Shown here: positions 9,089 to 19,575 of the stretch, piece by piece
How the letters are laid out: every line of letters begins with the position of its first letter
Numbering within the stretch: the first letter of the stretch is position 1
From: an uncultured delta proteobacterium
GTDB taxonomy: Bacteria > Chloroflexota > Dehalococcoidia > Dehalococcoidales > BS750m-G39
Assembly: GCA_963739245.1 (NCBI GenBank)
Contig: CAVTZP010000005.1
Coordinates: 78,707 to 142,706 of the forward strand
Direction of reading: 5' to 3'
Length of the DNA stretch: 64,000 nucleotides
The notes under the pieces: generated by a model
Seen by the model: only the letters and a program-made list of their open reading frames with translations
Told to the model about the DNA's origin: nothing
Databases searched by the model: none
Program-made: the position numbers and the translations under genes

Positions 9089-9490
9089 CTATTGTGGTGC
9101 TTGTTCTTTGCTCACGCCCTGGGCAATATTCTTTAAGATAGTAAGGATGGCAATGAGGGCACGCTGCACATCAACCGGCTCCCGGGCAAGCACACCAGCC
9201 ACATAGGGGTCTACCATGCCCCCGGAATACTCCGACCCGGCCTCAGCCACGCCGGAAGAATGGGAAGATAGATACCCGGCTAAGGTAAACAGCCCATCCT
9301 CACCAATGCCCAGAGGCTTGGCGATTCTCCGCAGAACGCGGGCCGAAGGATAGCGCTCCCCCCTCTCTATCCGCCCGAGATGGGACGGGGATACCCCTGA
9401 CATGGTAGCCAGCTCCTGGAGTGTCAGTGGTATGGTAACCCTCTGCCGCCTAATGATTTCGCCTAAATTGTTACTTCTTCCGTCAAACAT
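9089..9490 (-). CDS. Xre-family HTH transcriptional regulator (paralog of 26170..26562)
   Basis: LTLQELATMSGVSPSHLGRIERGER HTH. Confidence 0.9.
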   Translation of the reverse strand: MFDGRSNNLGEIIRRQRVTIPLTLQELATMSGVSPSHLGRIERGERYPSARVLRRIAKPLGIGEDGLFTLAGYLSSHSSGVAEAGSEYSGGMVDPYVAGVLAREPVDVQRALIAILTILKNIAQGVSKEQAPQ

Positions 9491-9568
9491 AAAAACCTCG
9501 TTATTTTAATTTACTGGATGTAAAATATCAAATAAAAAAGTATAAGCTAGTTAATTTAAACACAGGCT

Positions 9569-9582
9569 TCGCCAAATGGCAA
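9569..9582. promoter_or_regulatory. Putative Xre operator palindrome
   Basis: TCGCCAAATGGCAA; its reverse complement matches 26140..26153 at 12 of 14 positions. Confidence 0.6.
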
Positions 9583-9594
9583 GTTTTCCATTCC

Positions 9595-9623
9595 TTGACG
9601 ACTAAAGCCACTGGTTATACAAT
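9595..9623 (+). promoter_or_regulatory. Sigma70-type promoter
   Basis: TTGACG-N17-TACAAT. Confidence 0.6.
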
Positions 9624-9639
9624 GGCAGGGTTGGCGAAA

Positions 9640-11031
9640 ATGGCTAAAAGATACGATGTTATCATCGTTGGTGGTGGTCCAGCGGCTATCTTTGCCGCCC
9701 TTGAGCTGTCCCAAGCCTCTGGCCTGGATATCCTGCTTATAGAGAAAGGGAGGCATATTGATAATCGCCACTGCCCGACCCGTGACACCGGCAATCCCTG
9801 CCCCCCATGCTCACCGTGTAACCTTGTCTGTGGTCTGGGTGGGGCTGGCGCTTTCAGCGACGGCAAGCTAACCCTATCATCGCTGGTTGGCGGCCGGCTC
9901 CCCAGTTACCTCGGGGAGAGCGAGACTGAAGCCCTTATCCGCTATGTTGATGAGGTATACCTCAGGTTTGGCGCCCCGAGCAAGCTGTATGGTGTGGGCC
10001 AGGGAATTGACGTGCTGAGCGCTAAGGCTGACCGCGCCGGGCTCAAGCTGGTGGCGGTGCCTATCCGCCACCTGGGCACCGAGAATTGCCGTTCGGTGCT
10101 TAAGGCGATGTGGGATTACCTTAGCCCGCATATAGAGTTCAGGCTTGAGACAATGGCGGCCACCATCACTACTGACCAGGGTAAGGTCAAAGGGATTAAG
10201 ACGGAAGCCGGGGAGAGCTTTGACTGCCGCTACCTTATTCTGGCTCCGGGAAGGGAAGGAGCCGATTGGCTCGCCCAGGAAGCGGGCCGACTCAATCTGA
10301 TCGTAGATATCAACCCCGTTGATGTTGGGGTTAGGGTCGAGGTGCCGGCGACAGTAATGGAGGAGTTGACCAGTGTCCTCTATGAGTCAAAGCTGGAGTT
10401 TCAGTCAAAGAGCTTTGACGACCGGGTCAGGACCTTCTGTATGTGTCCTGGTGGAGAGGTCATCATGGAGACCACCGGTGGTGGTGACCCGGTAATCACC
10501 GTTAACGGTCATAGCTATGCCGAGCGTAAGACCAGCAACACCAACTTTGCCCTGCTGGTGAGCACAACCTTCACCAAGCCGTTTCGGGAGCCTATCGCCT
10601 ACGGCAAATACCTGGCGAGGCTGGCTAATATTTTAAGCGGCGGGGTTCTGCTCCAGCGCTTTGGCGACCTCATGGCGGGTCGGCGTTCCACCCCAGCCCG
10701 CATTGAAAGGGGCTTGGTTCAGCCGACACTAATCGATGCCACTCCCGGCGACCTCAGCTTTGCCCTCCCCTACCGCTACCTCACCGACATAGTGGAGATG
10801 CTCAAGGCAATGGATAAGCTGGCGCCGGGTGTCGCCTCAGACCACACCCTGCTTTACGGGACTGAGGTTAAATTCTACTCCAGCCGGCCTCAACTCAGCC
10901 CCAGCCTGGAGACCGAGGTCAGCAACCTGTTTGCCGTTGGCGATGGGGCTGGCATTAGCCGTGGCTTGATTCAGGCGTCAGCTTCCGGTGTGGTCGCCGC
11001 CCGCGAGATATTAAGGAGGGGCAAGCATTAG
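9640..11031 (+). CDS. FAD-dependent oxidoreductase (COG2509-like)
   Basis: IIVGGGPAAIF dinucleotide motif, GLGGAGAFSDGKL, RTFCMCPGG, GDGAG. Confidence 0.85.
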   Translation: MAKRYDVIIVGGGPAAIFAALELSQASGLDILLIEKGRHIDNRHCPTRDTGNPCPPCSPCNLVCGLGGAGAFSDGKLTLSSLVGGRLPSYLGESETEALIRYVDEVYLRFGAPSKLYGVGQGIDVLSAKADRAGLKLVAVPIRHLGTENCRSVLKAMWDYLSPHIEFRLETMAATITTDQGKVKGIKTEAGESFDCRYLILAPGREGADWLAQEAGRLNLIVDINPVDVGVRVEVPATVMEELTSVLYESKLEFQSKSFDDRVRTFCMCPGGEVIMETTGGGDPVITVNGHSYAERKTSNTNFALLVSTTFTKPFREPIAYGKYLARLANILSGGVLLQRFGDLMAGRRSTPARIERGLVQPTLIDATPGDLSFALPYRYLTDIVEMLKAMDKLAPGVASDHTLLYGTEVKFYSSRPQLSPSLETEVSNLFAVGDGAGISRGLIQASASGVVAAREILRRGKH

Positions 11032-11044
11032 CCCCAGTTTTATA

Positions 11045-11180
11045 TGGTAACCCTATCCCCCTGACCCCCTTCCCCTGAGGGGAAGGGGGGAGTAGTTTTA
11101 AGAGGGGGGTGAATCCCCCCTCTTTTTTATTCCTCCCCCTCTCCTTTTGAAGGAGAGGGGGATACAGGGGGTGAGGTTAC
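11045..11180 (+). repeat. GC-rich multi-hairpin repeat, copy 2 (near reverse complement of copy 1)
   Basis: Same three hairpins in opposite orientation; ends GGGGGTGAGGTTA. Confidence 0.85.
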
Positions 11181-11186
11181 CTATGG

Positions 11187-11215
11187 TTGACAGGGCGATT
11201 CAAGCTGACTAGAAT
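11187..11215 (+). promoter_or_regulatory. rpsU promoter
   Basis: TTGACA-N17-TAGAAT. Confidence 0.7.
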
Positions 11216-11269
11216 GTAGTGATGTAAAACGACCTGAGGGTAAGATTGTGAGAAGGAGGCGGATGCCAT

Positions 11270-11470
11270 GTGGCTAATGTAAGAGCTGGCGGTGATGAGA
11301 GCTTTGAGAGTTTGCTCCGTCGGTTTAACCGGAAGGTGCAAAATGATGGCATCTTATCTGAGATACGCCGCCGCGAATACTTTGAGAAGCCTAGCCTTAA
11401 GCGTAAGCGAAAGGAAGCAGCCAAGAGACGCAAGAGCGCGAGAAGTTCAAGGGGTTCAACAAGAAGATAG
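11270..11470 (+). CDS. rpsU: 30S ribosomal protein S21
   Basis: ESFESLLRRF...RREYFEKPSLKRKRK. Confidence 0.95.
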   Translation: MANVRAGGDESFESLLRRFNRKVQNDGILSEIRRREYFEKPSLKRKRKEAAKRRKSARSSRGSTRR

Positions 11471-11479
11471 TAAGTAATT

Positions 11480-11938
11480 ATGGAACAGAAAGAAGCCGCA
11501 CTAAAGCAAAAGCTGGTGGATGACCTCAAGCAGGCGTTAAGACAGGGGGATAAGGTGAGGCGCTCGGTCATCCGCTTATTGATAGCAGCGATTAATAATG
11601 CCGAAATCGCCCGTCAGGCTAAATTAGAGGACACCGATATTTACGGCGTTATTGCCAAGGAAATCAGGCAGCGCAAAGAGAGTATTGATGCCTTTAAGCA
11701 GGGCAACCGCCCCGACCTGGTGGCTCAAGAGGAGGCCGAGCTAGCCGTCCTTCAGGAATACCTGCCCCAGCAGATTAGCCGGGAGGAGATTGTGGCCGCA
11801 GCCCGCCAGGTTATTGCCGAGGTTGGGGCACAGGGGCTCGGTGATAAGGGGAAGGTCATGCCCAAGCTCATCGCTCAGCTCAAGGGCAAAGCCGATGGGC
11901 GTTTGATAAACGAGGTAGTAACCGAGCTACTCTCCTAA
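11480..11938 (+). CDS. yqeY: GatB/YqeY domain protein
   Basis: KEIRQRKESIDAF...EYLPQQ...GKVM...GKADG; follows rpsU. Confidence 0.9.
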   Translation: MEQKEAALKQKLVDDLKQALRQGDKVRRSVIRLLIAAINNAEIARQAKLEDTDIYGVIAKEIRQRKESIDAFKQGNRPDLVAQEEAELAVLQEYLPQQISREEIVAAARQVIAEVGAQGLGDKGKVMPKLIAQLKGKADGRLINEVVTELLS

Positions 11939-13537
11939 CGCCGAGTCAAAGCCCTTTTCCAGCTCGTTTTTCAAGTGCTTGAGCTTTGTCCCGGAATCTA
12001 TTATAGCCCACGGTAACCTCTGTTTGGTATCCCATCTCTGGTTGACATAATAATCAATGTCTAGCTGGCACTTTTCTAGTGCTTTACGCCAGCCAGATAG
12101 CGATACCTCCTCCATATTAGCCAGCACCTCGGCTATTTTTTCGTCCCCCCGGGCTAAAACCCCCTGCACCTGACTCCACATCGGGCTTTCACTATTAATC
12201 TTGATGCCCTTCGGCATCAAGCGGTTTTTAAGTAAGGACAAACGCTGGTTCAGGATAGAGGGCTCGGTCATGGGCAGCCACTGGAAGGGTGTGCCGGCCT
12301 TGGGCACAAAGGGAGCAATATTAAGCACCAGGCGGCAGCCAGCCGGCTGCTTATCAAGGATATCCTTGCCCTTTAGCGTCAGTCTTATAATCCCTTCTAT
12401 ATCCTCCTCGGTCTCCGTGGGCAAGCCAATCATGAAGTAGAGCTTGACCTGCCTTATCCCCTGCTCCGCCACCTTCCCCATCGCCTCCAGGATATCCTCC
12501 TCGGAGAGGCCTTTTTTTATCATCTGGCGCAGGCGCTGGGAGCCAGCCTCGGGGGCAAGGGCAATGGTTCGGGCTTCTCCCTTAGCCAGCTCCCTCAATA
12601 CAATGCGAGAGAGTGGTCTCATGCGCAGGGAGCTGATGGAGAGTTCAGCCCCCATCTGCCCCAGTTTTAATAAGAGCTCCTCTATCCGGGGGTGGTCGGA
12701 GACGGCAGCCCCAACCAGCCCCAGGCGCTTTCTATATTTAAGTCCCTGCTCCGCCTGGACTATCAGATTGTCCAGAGAGCGATAGCGCATGGGGTGGAAG
12801 GCTTGCCCGGTGAGGCAGAAGCGGCAGCCCCAGTTGCATCCCCGCTCCACCTCAATTAAATAAAGGTCGCCCAGCTCGGTGTCCGGGGTGAGTATGATTG
12901 AGGTGACCGGAAAGTCATCCAGATTTTTTGCCCACTGGCGGACTACTGGCTTTCCCGAATAGTATTGCGGGACATAGATGCCGGGCAGTGCCGCCAGCGC
13001 CTTCAATAATTCATCCCGCCTGCCACCGAGGCTCTTAAATAGTACCGGCATCATGGCGGGTAGTATGGGCTCGGCTTCACCGATGCACAGGCAGTCAAAG
13101 AATGGAGAAAGAGGCAGGGGATTGGCGATGATGCAGGGGCCACCGGCGATAAGCAGGGGATGCCTCTCATCACGGTCGGCGGCATAAATGGGTATGCCGC
13201 TGGCTTTAAGCATAGGGACGATATTGAAGTAGTCAAGCTCGTAGGAAACAGAAAAGGCAAGAACGGCGAAGTCAGAAAGCGGGCGCTGAGACTCCAGGGA
13301 GAGAGGGGGTAGACGCTTGTCCCTGTTTTCCCTTTCCCAGAAGGCTCGTTCGCAGACAACCTCATTATAACTATTGAGCAGGCGATAGATGGTATGGAGT
13401 CCGAGATTGGACATGCCTAGATAGTAGGAGTTGGGGTAGACCAGGGCGATGGGGATTCTACCCCCCCAGTCCTTGATGATGGCCCCCTGCTCCCGGGAGA
13501 GCCGCCGCCTCGCTTTCTTGATTTCATTCCAAGCCAT
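11927..13537 (-). CDS. Radical SAM protein (TIGR03960-like)
   Basis: YPNSYYLGMSNLG; RGCNWGCRFC CxxxCxxC; APEAGSQRLR; FVPKAGTPFQW. Confidence 0.85.
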   Translation of the reverse strand: MAWNEIKKARRRLSREQGAIIKDWGGRIPIALVYPNSYYLGMSNLGLHTIYRLLNSYNEVVCERAFWERENRDKRLPPLSLESQRPLSDFAVLAFSVSYELDYFNIVPMLKASGIPIYAADRDERHPLLIAGGPCIIANPLPLSPFFDCLCIGEAEPILPAMMPVLFKSLGGRRDELLKALAALPGIYVPQYYSGKPVVRQWAKNLDDFPVTSIILTPDTELGDLYLIEVERGCNWGCRFCLTGQAFHPMRYRSLDNLIVQAEQGLKYRKRLGLVGAAVSDHPRIEELLLKLGQMGAELSISSLRMRPLSRIVLRELAKGEARTIALAPEAGSQRLRQMIKKGLSEEDILEAMGKVAEQGIRQVKLYFMIGLPTETEEDIEGIIRLTLKGKDILDKQPAGCRLVLNIAPFVPKAGTPFQWLPMTEPSILNQRLSLLKNRLMPKGIKINSESPMWSQVQGVLARGDEKIAEVLANMEEVSLSGWRKALEKCQLDIDYYVNQRWDTKQRLPWAIIDSGTKLKHLKNELEKGFDSALGE

Positions 13538-13592
13538 AATAGTGGTTTCATTATATAGGCTCTAGAATAAAATTGCGATTTTGGGGGAAGAA

Positions 13593-13621
13593 TAAAAAGA
13601 GAGGGGGCGGAGCCCCCTCTC
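13593..13621 (-). terminator. Intrinsic terminator after nrdJ (equals the central hairpin module of the repeat family)
   Basis: GAGAGGGGGC-GGA-GCCCCCTCTC with U-tract on minus strand. Confidence 0.65.
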
Positions 13622-13648
13622 ATGATGATACTCCCGTTCCCTATATTT

Positions 13649-16195
13649 CTAGCACTTAGTATAGCCGCAAGAGGGGCAGTTGTAGCACCCCTCCTGGTAG
13701 CGGAGCAGGTTGCCGCACTCCGGGCACTGCCCGGCAAGGTTCCTGGCTAAGCCGTAGTCCTCCAGCTTTGGTTCAGCGCCGCCGCCAATGTGCTTCTCCA
13801 GGACGCTGGCAATGGCATCGGCGCAGGAGAGGATGGACTTGCCCTCTTCCCAGGCGATGGAGGGGCAGCGGATGCCCCGCAGCTGCTTTACCACCGAGGC
13901 AACATCTACCCCAGCTCTTAGTGCCAGAGAGATAAGCCGGCAGGTGGCTTCAAGCTGTGCCGAGGCACAACCTCCAGCCTTGCCCAGATTGGAGAAGACC
14001 TCGCATATGCCTTGCTCATCGGAGTTCACCGTTACATAGAGGGCGCCACAGCCGGTGTTGACTCTTTCGGTAACCCCGTTGGTTACCTTTGACCTCTTCC
14101 TGGGGGTAAGCCCGACACCATCAACCTTTTCCTCCTTCTCCCGGCCCGTGACCAGCACCTGGGTCTCGCGGCTCCGGTCCCGATAGATAGTTATCCCCTT
14201 CAGCCCCTCGTCATAAGCCATCATATAAACCCTGGCGATGTCTTCCCTGGTGGCCTCGTGGGGGAAGTTGACCGTCTTGGAGACGGCATTATCGGTAGAC
14301 CGCTGAAAGGCGGCTTGCACCCTCACATGCCACTGGGGGCTTATCTCGTGGGCGGTAACGAACAGGCGCTTGATTTTCTCGGGAACACCCTCAATATCGC
14401 TGAGGTGAGCACCCTCGGCCAGCTTCTGCATCAGCTCTTTGGAGTAGAAGCCCCCCTTTCTCGCCGCCTCTTCAAAGTACGGGTTCACCTCAATTAGCCG
14501 GGCGCCGTCAAGGATATTTCTGGTATAGCTCAGGGCAAAGAGGGGCTCAATGCCGCTGGAGCAACCGGCGATTATACTCAGGGTGCCGGTGGGGGCGATG
14601 GTGGTGCCGGAGGCATTCCTCATCCGGGGACCCCCCGGCCTATCGTAGATACTGCCACTAAAGGCGGGGAAAACGCCTCGCTCCTTGGCCAGTTCTACTG
14701 ACGCCTTAGTTGCCTCATCCTGCACAAAGCGCATAATCTCGGTGGCAACCTTGAGCGTCTCCTCTGAGTCATAGGGGATGCCGAGCTCAATTAGCATGTC
14801 GGCGAAGCCCATCACCCCCAGCCCTATCTTTCTCGTTTTCTTGGTCATCTCCTCTATCTGGGGCAGGGGGAACTTATTGACATCAATGACATTATCTAAA
14901 AACCTCACCGCGACCTTTACTGTCTCCGCCAGCTTGGGGTAATCAATCTTAAAACTGCCATTGGCGGCTCTTAGCATCCTGGCCAGGTTAATCGAGCCGA
15001 GGTTGCATGACTCGTAGGGCAGCAGTGGCTGCTCACCGCAGGGGTTAGTCGATTCAATCCGGCCCAGTTGCGGGGTGGGGTTAGCCTTATTTATCTGGTC
15101 AATGAAGACAACGCCGGGGTCGCCGGTCTTCCACGCCATGTCCACTATCTTATCAAAGACCTCCCTGGCGTTGAGCTTAGTTACCACCTCCCTGGTGCGT
15201 GGGTTTACCAGGTTATAGTCCTTGCCGGCCTTGACCGCCTCCATAAACTCATTGGTTACCGCCACCGAGATATTGAAGTTAGTCAAGGCGGTAGGGTCGT
15301 CCTTGGCGGTTATGAACCGCATAATATCGGGGTGGTCAACGCTGAGTATGCCCATGTTTGCCCCCCGGCGCGTCCCCCCCTGCTTGGTGACATCGGTGGT
15401 GGTGTCAAACACCCCCATAAAAGAGACCGGACCACTGGCGACACCCGAGGTGGACTTGACAAAGTCGCCCTCCGGTCTCAGGTGGCTGAAGGAGAACCCG
15501 GTGCCCCCGCCGCTCTTATGAATGAGGGCGGTATACTTTACCGCATCAAAGATGGACTCCATTGAGTCGCTAACGGGAATGACAAAGCAGGCTGACAATT
15601 GCCCCAGTTCCCGCCCGGCGTTCATCAGGGTGGGAGAGTTGGGCAGGAACTCAAGGCTTGCCATCAGCTGGTAGAACCCCTCTTCGGTTGCCTTGGCATC
15701 CGCCTTGGGACTATAGATAAGCTCCGCCGAGGCAATGGCCCCTGCCACCCGCCGGAACATCTCCTCTGCGGTCTCAATGACCTTTCCCTGCTTATCTTTT
15801 TCCAGATACCTTCTTTCCAGGACCTGAACCGCATTTTCGCTGAGACCGATGCCAGCTGTCGGCTTAATTCCGGGCTTAACGATACTGGTTGGTTCCATCT
15901 CGGGTTTAACCTCCTCTCGTTTGGGTGGCGCTTCAGCAGCCAGAATCTCCTTGACCATAGCTTCAATTTCGGCATCGGTCGGCAGACGCTGGCGGTGGGT
16001 ACGCTTTCCTACCAGGTCTTCCATGCCCGGTAAAGCCGGCATGTATTCCTTCTGTGTCTTTTCCAGCCGCTCAATGACCTGGGTTGTCAGCCGCTCCACC
16101 ACCTGCCTGTCCCTTATACCCATGGACTCGGCGGCGGCGAAAATGGCCCGCGCAATCTGGGTGCGGTCAACTAGTGGCTTGTTAGCTGGGTTCAT
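13649..16195 (-). CDS. nrdJ: Vitamin B12-dependent (class II) ribonucleotide reductase with C-terminal TSCPD/Zn-ribbon
   Basis: [33 protein letters not shown]-terminal CPEC/CPSC. Confidence 0.95.
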   Translation of the reverse strand: MNPANKPLVDRTQIARAIFAAAESMGIRDRQVVERLTTQVIERLEKTQKEYMPALPGMEDLVGKRTHRQRLPTDAEIEAMVKEILAAEAPPKREEVKPEMEPTSIVKPGIKPTAGIGLSENAVQVLERRYLEKDKQGKVIETAEEMFRRVAGAIASAELIYSPKADAKATEEGFYQLMASLEFLPNSPTLMNAGRELGQLSACFVIPVSDSMESIFDAVKYTALIHKSGGGTGFSFSHLRPEGDFVKSTSGVASGPVSFMGVFDTTTDVTKQGGTRRGANMGILSVDHPDIMRFITAKDDPTALTNFNISVAVTNEFMEAVKAGKDYNLVNPRTREVVTKLNAREVFDKIVDMAWKTGDPGVVFIDQINKANPTPQLGRIESTNPCGEQPLLPYESCNLGSINLARMLRAANGSFKIDYPKLAETVKVAVRFLDNVIDVNKFPLPQIEEMTKKTRKIGLGVMGFADMLIELGIPYDSEETLKVATEIMRFVQDEATKASVELAKERGVFPAFSGSIYDRPGGPRMRNASGTTIAPTGTLSIIAGCSSGIEPLFALSYTRNILDGARLIEVNPYFEEAARKGGFYSKELMQKLAEGAHLSDIEGVPEKIKRLFVTAHEISPQWHVRVQAAFQRSTDNAVSKTVNFPHEATREDIARVYMMAYDEGLKGITIYRDRSRETQVLVTGREKEEKVDGVGLTPRKRSKVTNGVTERVNTGCGALYVTVNSDEQGICEVFSNLGKAGGCASAQLEATCRLISLALRAGVDVASVVKQLRGIRCPSIAWEEGKSILSCADAIASVLEKHIGGGAEPKLEDYGLARNLAGQCPECGNLLRYQEGCYNCPSCGYTKC

Positions 16196-16749
16196 GTCCG
16201 ACTCCTTACTTTACTCCGTTTGCGGCTTGCCCGGTGGCCCTTAATTGCTCCCACCAGCTCCGCCTCGGGCAGTAGCGGCAGTTGGCCGGAAGGTGTCTCA
16301 TCGCCACTGAGCAGGGTATCTACCTCCTGTTTTAACGCGGTAATATCAGCAAATTCCCGATAGACGCTGGCAAAACGGATATAAGCAATGTGGTCCAGCT
16401 TCTTCAGTCGTTCTATTACCATATCACCAATAAGGTCACTGGGTATCTCCGCTTTGCCCAGGCGGTAAAGCTCAGCCTCTATATCATCAACTAGCTTCTC
16501 TATAGCACCGGTAGGCAGTGGCCTTTTTTCACAGGCCTTGTGGATACCAGAAAGCAGCTTGTTGCGGTCAAATTCCTCACGCCTCTCATCCTTTTTAGTC
16601 ACAAAGAGGCTGGCTGGCTGGAGTCTCTCATAGGTGGTGAAGCGAGCGCCGCAGCTCAAGCACTGGCGCCGACGGCGTACCCCATCGTTGACATCACGGG
16701 AATCCACAACCTTAGAGTCATAGTGTCCACAATAGGGACAATTCATCAT
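16192..16749 (-). CDS. nrdR: Transcriptional repressor NrdR
   Basis: CPYCG...RRRRQCLSCGARFTTYE; AYIRFASVYR. Confidence 0.97.
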   Translation of the reverse strand: MMNCPYCGHYDSKVVDSRDVNDGVRRRRQCLSCGARFTTYERLQPASLFVTKKDERREEFDRNKLLSGIHKACEKRPLPTGAIEKLVDDIEAELYRLGKAEIPSDLIGDMVIERLKKLDHIAYIRFASVYREFADITALKQEVDTLLSGDETPSGQLPLLPEAELVGAIKGHRASRKRSKVRSRT

Positions 16750-16755
16750 TAACCC

Positions 16756-16802
16756 CTACATTCTATAGTGTAGAGATTATAAAATACCACAATATGTAGT
16801 AT
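16756..16802 (-). promoter_or_regulatory. Tandem NrdR boxes over the nrdR-nrdJ promoter
   Basis: Minus-strand ATACTACATATTGTGG and ACACTATAGAATGTAG, 31 bp apart; TTGACA at 16804..16809. Confidence 0.8.
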
Positions 16803-16834
16803 TTGTCAAGGGGTTATTGGGCTAAGAAAGGAAT

Positions 16835-16872
16835 AAAAAGAAGGCATTAGGACAGGAACTCCTATCGCCTTC
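16835..16872 (-). terminator. Intrinsic terminator after ftsZ
   Basis: GAAGGC/TAGGA stem followed by TTTTT on minus strand. Confidence 0.55.
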
Positions 16873-16906
16873 AGCCTGGCTTATAAATTCCTGCGGAATT
16901 TTACCA

Positions 16907-18031
16907 CTAGGATGCGCCAGGCGTGGTCTTAACCGGGTTGGTTGCTTGTGGTATTGGCTGACGCCGATGGCTAAATAGCGGACGACGCAGGAAGGCAGGA
17001 ACATCCAGTTCATCATCGCTCTTTAGGCCCTTAAGCAGTTGGGTAAACTCGTCTTCCCGGCTAACTCCGGCTAGGCCTAGCTTGGAGGCGAAGCCGGTGG
17101 CGATTAGGGTAATCCTTACCTCCTCCTTCATACTCGGGTCCTGAACCACGCCAAAGATGATGTTAGCCGCCGGGTCTACTGCCTCTCTTATTGACTCAGC
17201 CGCTTCATTAACCTCAAACAGGGAAAGCCCGGGACCGCCGGCAATATTGAACAGCACTCCCTTTGCCCCCTCCATGGAGACATCCAGTAGCGGGCTAGCC
17301 AGGGCTTCCTTAGCGGCGTCAACCGCTCGGTTCTTACCGGTACCAACGCCTATGGACATCCAAGCCGGACCAGCGTCCTTCATCACTGTCTTAACATCGG
17401 CAAAGTCAAGATTAATCAGCCCGGGGACAGTGATAACCTCAGCAATAGCCTGAACCCCGTGGCGCAACACATCGTCAGCCAGCTTAAAGGCATTATCTAC
17501 CCCTGTCGTCTCATCACAGAGGTCAAGCAAGCGGTCGTTAGGGATGATGATAAGGGTGTCGACCTTGCCCAGGAGGCGGAAAATGCCATCGTTTGCCACC
17601 TCAGTACGGTGGACACCTTCAAAGGTGAACGGCTTGGTGACGACGGCAATGGTGAGAGCTCCAGCTTGCTTACTTATCTCAGCCACCACTGAGGCTGAGC
17701 CGGTGCCGGTGCCACCACCCATACCGCAGGTGATAAACACCATATCAGACCCGGCGAGAAGTTCCTTAAGGTCGTCGCGGCTTTCTTCGGCTGCCTTCTG
17801 ACCTAGGATATGGTCACCACCTGACCCCAACCCCCGGGTGAGCTTCTCGCCAAGCTGGATACGAACCGGGGCTTCGGTGATGGCCAGAGCTTGGGCATCA
17901 GTATTGGCGCCAATGAACTCCACCCCCCGAATCTGCTCCCTGACCATGCGGGTTATGGCGTTGCAGCCACCCCCACCCAGGCCGATAACCTTAATCTTAG
18001 CCGGATTAGCACTGAAACTCGCTTTTGCCAT
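16907..18031 (-). CDS. ftsZ: Cell division protein FtsZ
   Basis: GGGGCNA, GMGGGTGTG tubulin motif, NLDFAD, LDVPAFLR tail. Confidence 0.98.
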   Translation of the reverse strand: MAKASFSANPAKIKVIGLGGGGCNAITRMVREQIRGVEFIGANTDAQALAITEAPVRIQLGEKLTRGLGSGGDHILGQKAAEESRDDLKELLAGSDMVFITCGMGGGTGTGSASVVAEISKQAGALTIAVVTKPFTFEGVHRTEVANDGIFRLLGKVDTLIIIPNDRLLDLCDETTGVDNAFKLADDVLRHGVQAIAEVITVPGLINLDFADVKTVMKDAGPAWMSIGVGTGKNRAVDAAKEALASPLLDVSMEGAKGVLFNIAGGPGLSLFEVNEAAESIREAVDPAANIIFGVVQDPSMKEEVRITLIATGFASKLGLAGVSREDEFTQLLKGLKSDDELDVPAFLRRPLFSHRRQPIPQATNPVKTTPGAS

Positions 18032-18068
18032 CTCCTCCTCCTTTCTTTACCACTTACTGGAAATCATA

Positions 18069-19280
18069 CTAGCCAAACAGACCAAAAATTCGGGAAACAA
18101 AGCGCCGTAAGCCTGAGCCTTGTTGCTGCCAGGCTTGCTTTCCTCTATGTTTTGCTCCCCAGAGTACTAGTCCAACGCCGGTGGCATACGCTGGGTCATG
18201 AAGGGCGTCAGCGATGCCATTTATATTGTTCGGAACCCCTACCCTTACCGGGAGTTGCAAGGTATTACGCCCTAGTGCTTCTATGCCGGCGAGATTAGAG
18301 CTGCCGCCGGTGAGGACAATGCCGTCAGGGACTAGCTTTTCATATTCAGAACTTGGCATCTCAAGCACGATAAGCCTCAGGATTTCCTCCACCCTGGCCC
18401 GGATGATATCGCACAGGTCTCGGTGAGAGATACCGTGTCCATTGGTGAGTAGGTTATCGTTTTTTACACCGGCCTTTGTCTCATAAACCGGGGCAACACT
18501 GCCATACTTTTTCTTCATCTCCTCGGCGACATCAAATGGCAGCCCCAGGCCAATAGCAATATCCCGGGTGATTTGATAACCAGCTACCGGCAGGACAGCG
18601 GTATGCCAGATGCTCCCCTCTCTGAAGATAGCAATATCTGTGGTACCACCTCCGATATCAGCTAGTAGCACACCCACCTGCCTCTCATCCTCGGTCAACA
18701 CCGCCTCGCTACTGGCTAGTGGTTCAAGGACGAGTTCCTCAATATCTATGCCAATACTCCGGACGCACTTTATTAGATTCTGAACCGAGGTAACGGCAGC
18801 GGTAATGATATGTGTCTCCACATCAAGTCTGAAGCCGTGCATCCCTACCGGGTTCTTGACTCCCGTTTGGCCATCAACCGCATAACCACGAGGAATAACA
18901 TGGAGCAGCTTTCTATCGGGGGTAAGTTTAACACCCCGGGCGGAGGCGAGGACTCGCCTCAGGTCTTCAGAACGCACCATACGGTCACCGCGGGTGATGG
19001 CGACCACTGCCCGGCTATTCAGCGAGCTAACATGCCTGCCGGTTACACCAACGTAGGCTGATTCCACTTTATAACCGCAAGTCCGCTCTGCTTCCCTTAC
19101 TGACTTCTTGATTGATTCCCTGGCGTCGTTGATGTTGACGACCAGCCCTTTGTGCAGCCCTGTGCTTGGGGTGATACCTACTCCGATAACCCGAACGTTA
19201 CCATCATCAACATTGGCCACTACCGTGCATACCTTGGTGGTGCCAACATCAATAGCGGCTAAGGTACCTCGCTTGCTCAT
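18069..19280 (-). CDS. ftsA: Cell division protein FtsA
   Basis: IDVGTTKV, DIGGGTTD, LTGGSS, C-terminal amphipathic helix. Confidence 0.97.
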   Translation of the reverse strand: MSKRGTLAAIDVGTTKVCTVVANVDDGNVRVIGVGITPSTGLHKGLVVNINDARESIKKSVREAERTCGYKVESAYVGVTGRHVSSLNSRAVVAITRGDRMVRSEDLRRVLASARGVKLTPDRKLLHVIPRGYAVDGQTGVKNPVGMHGFRLDVETHIITAAVTSVQNLIKCVRSIGIDIEELVLEPLASSEAVLTEDERQVGVLLADIGGGTTDIAIFREGSIWHTAVLPVAGYQITRDIAIGLGLPFDVAEEMKKKYGSVAPVYETKAGVKNDNLLTNGHGISHRDLCDIIRARVEEILRLIVLEMPSSEYEKLVPDGIVLTGGSSNLAGIEALGRNTLQLPVRVGVPNNINGIADALHDPAYATGVGLVLWGAKHRGKQAWQQQGSGLRRFVSRIFGLFG

Positions 19281-19365
19281 CTACCCCTCCTTACTGGCTA
19301 GATTCTAGACTCAGCGATAGCATAAATCCTCACATCTTTAACCCTCCCTGAGGGGGTCTTCATCT

Positions 19366-19575
19366 TTACCCCTGTTTATAGCGTATGTTCCATTTATTGC
19401 ACATGTCACTCAAGAGAGCCCTTAGCTCATCGTTCGGCACCCGATGTATCTCGGCAAGGAAACCGTGCAATAGTTCCCCCCCGCTCATTCCCGGATCAGG
19501 TTCAGTCGGCCCGGGCAGGTTTACCCATACTATCTCGGTCATTACCTTTTGATACTCAATAGACTGTTTAGCCAC
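19366..19575 (-). CDS. Hypothetical 69-aa protein in dcw cluster
   Basis: Overlaps rsmH stop with GGAGG RBS; soluble, no TM segment. Confidence 0.65.
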   Translation of the reverse strand: MAKQSIEYQKVMTEIVWVNLPGPTEPDPGMSGGELLHGFLAEIHRVPNDELRALLSDMCNKWNIRYKQG

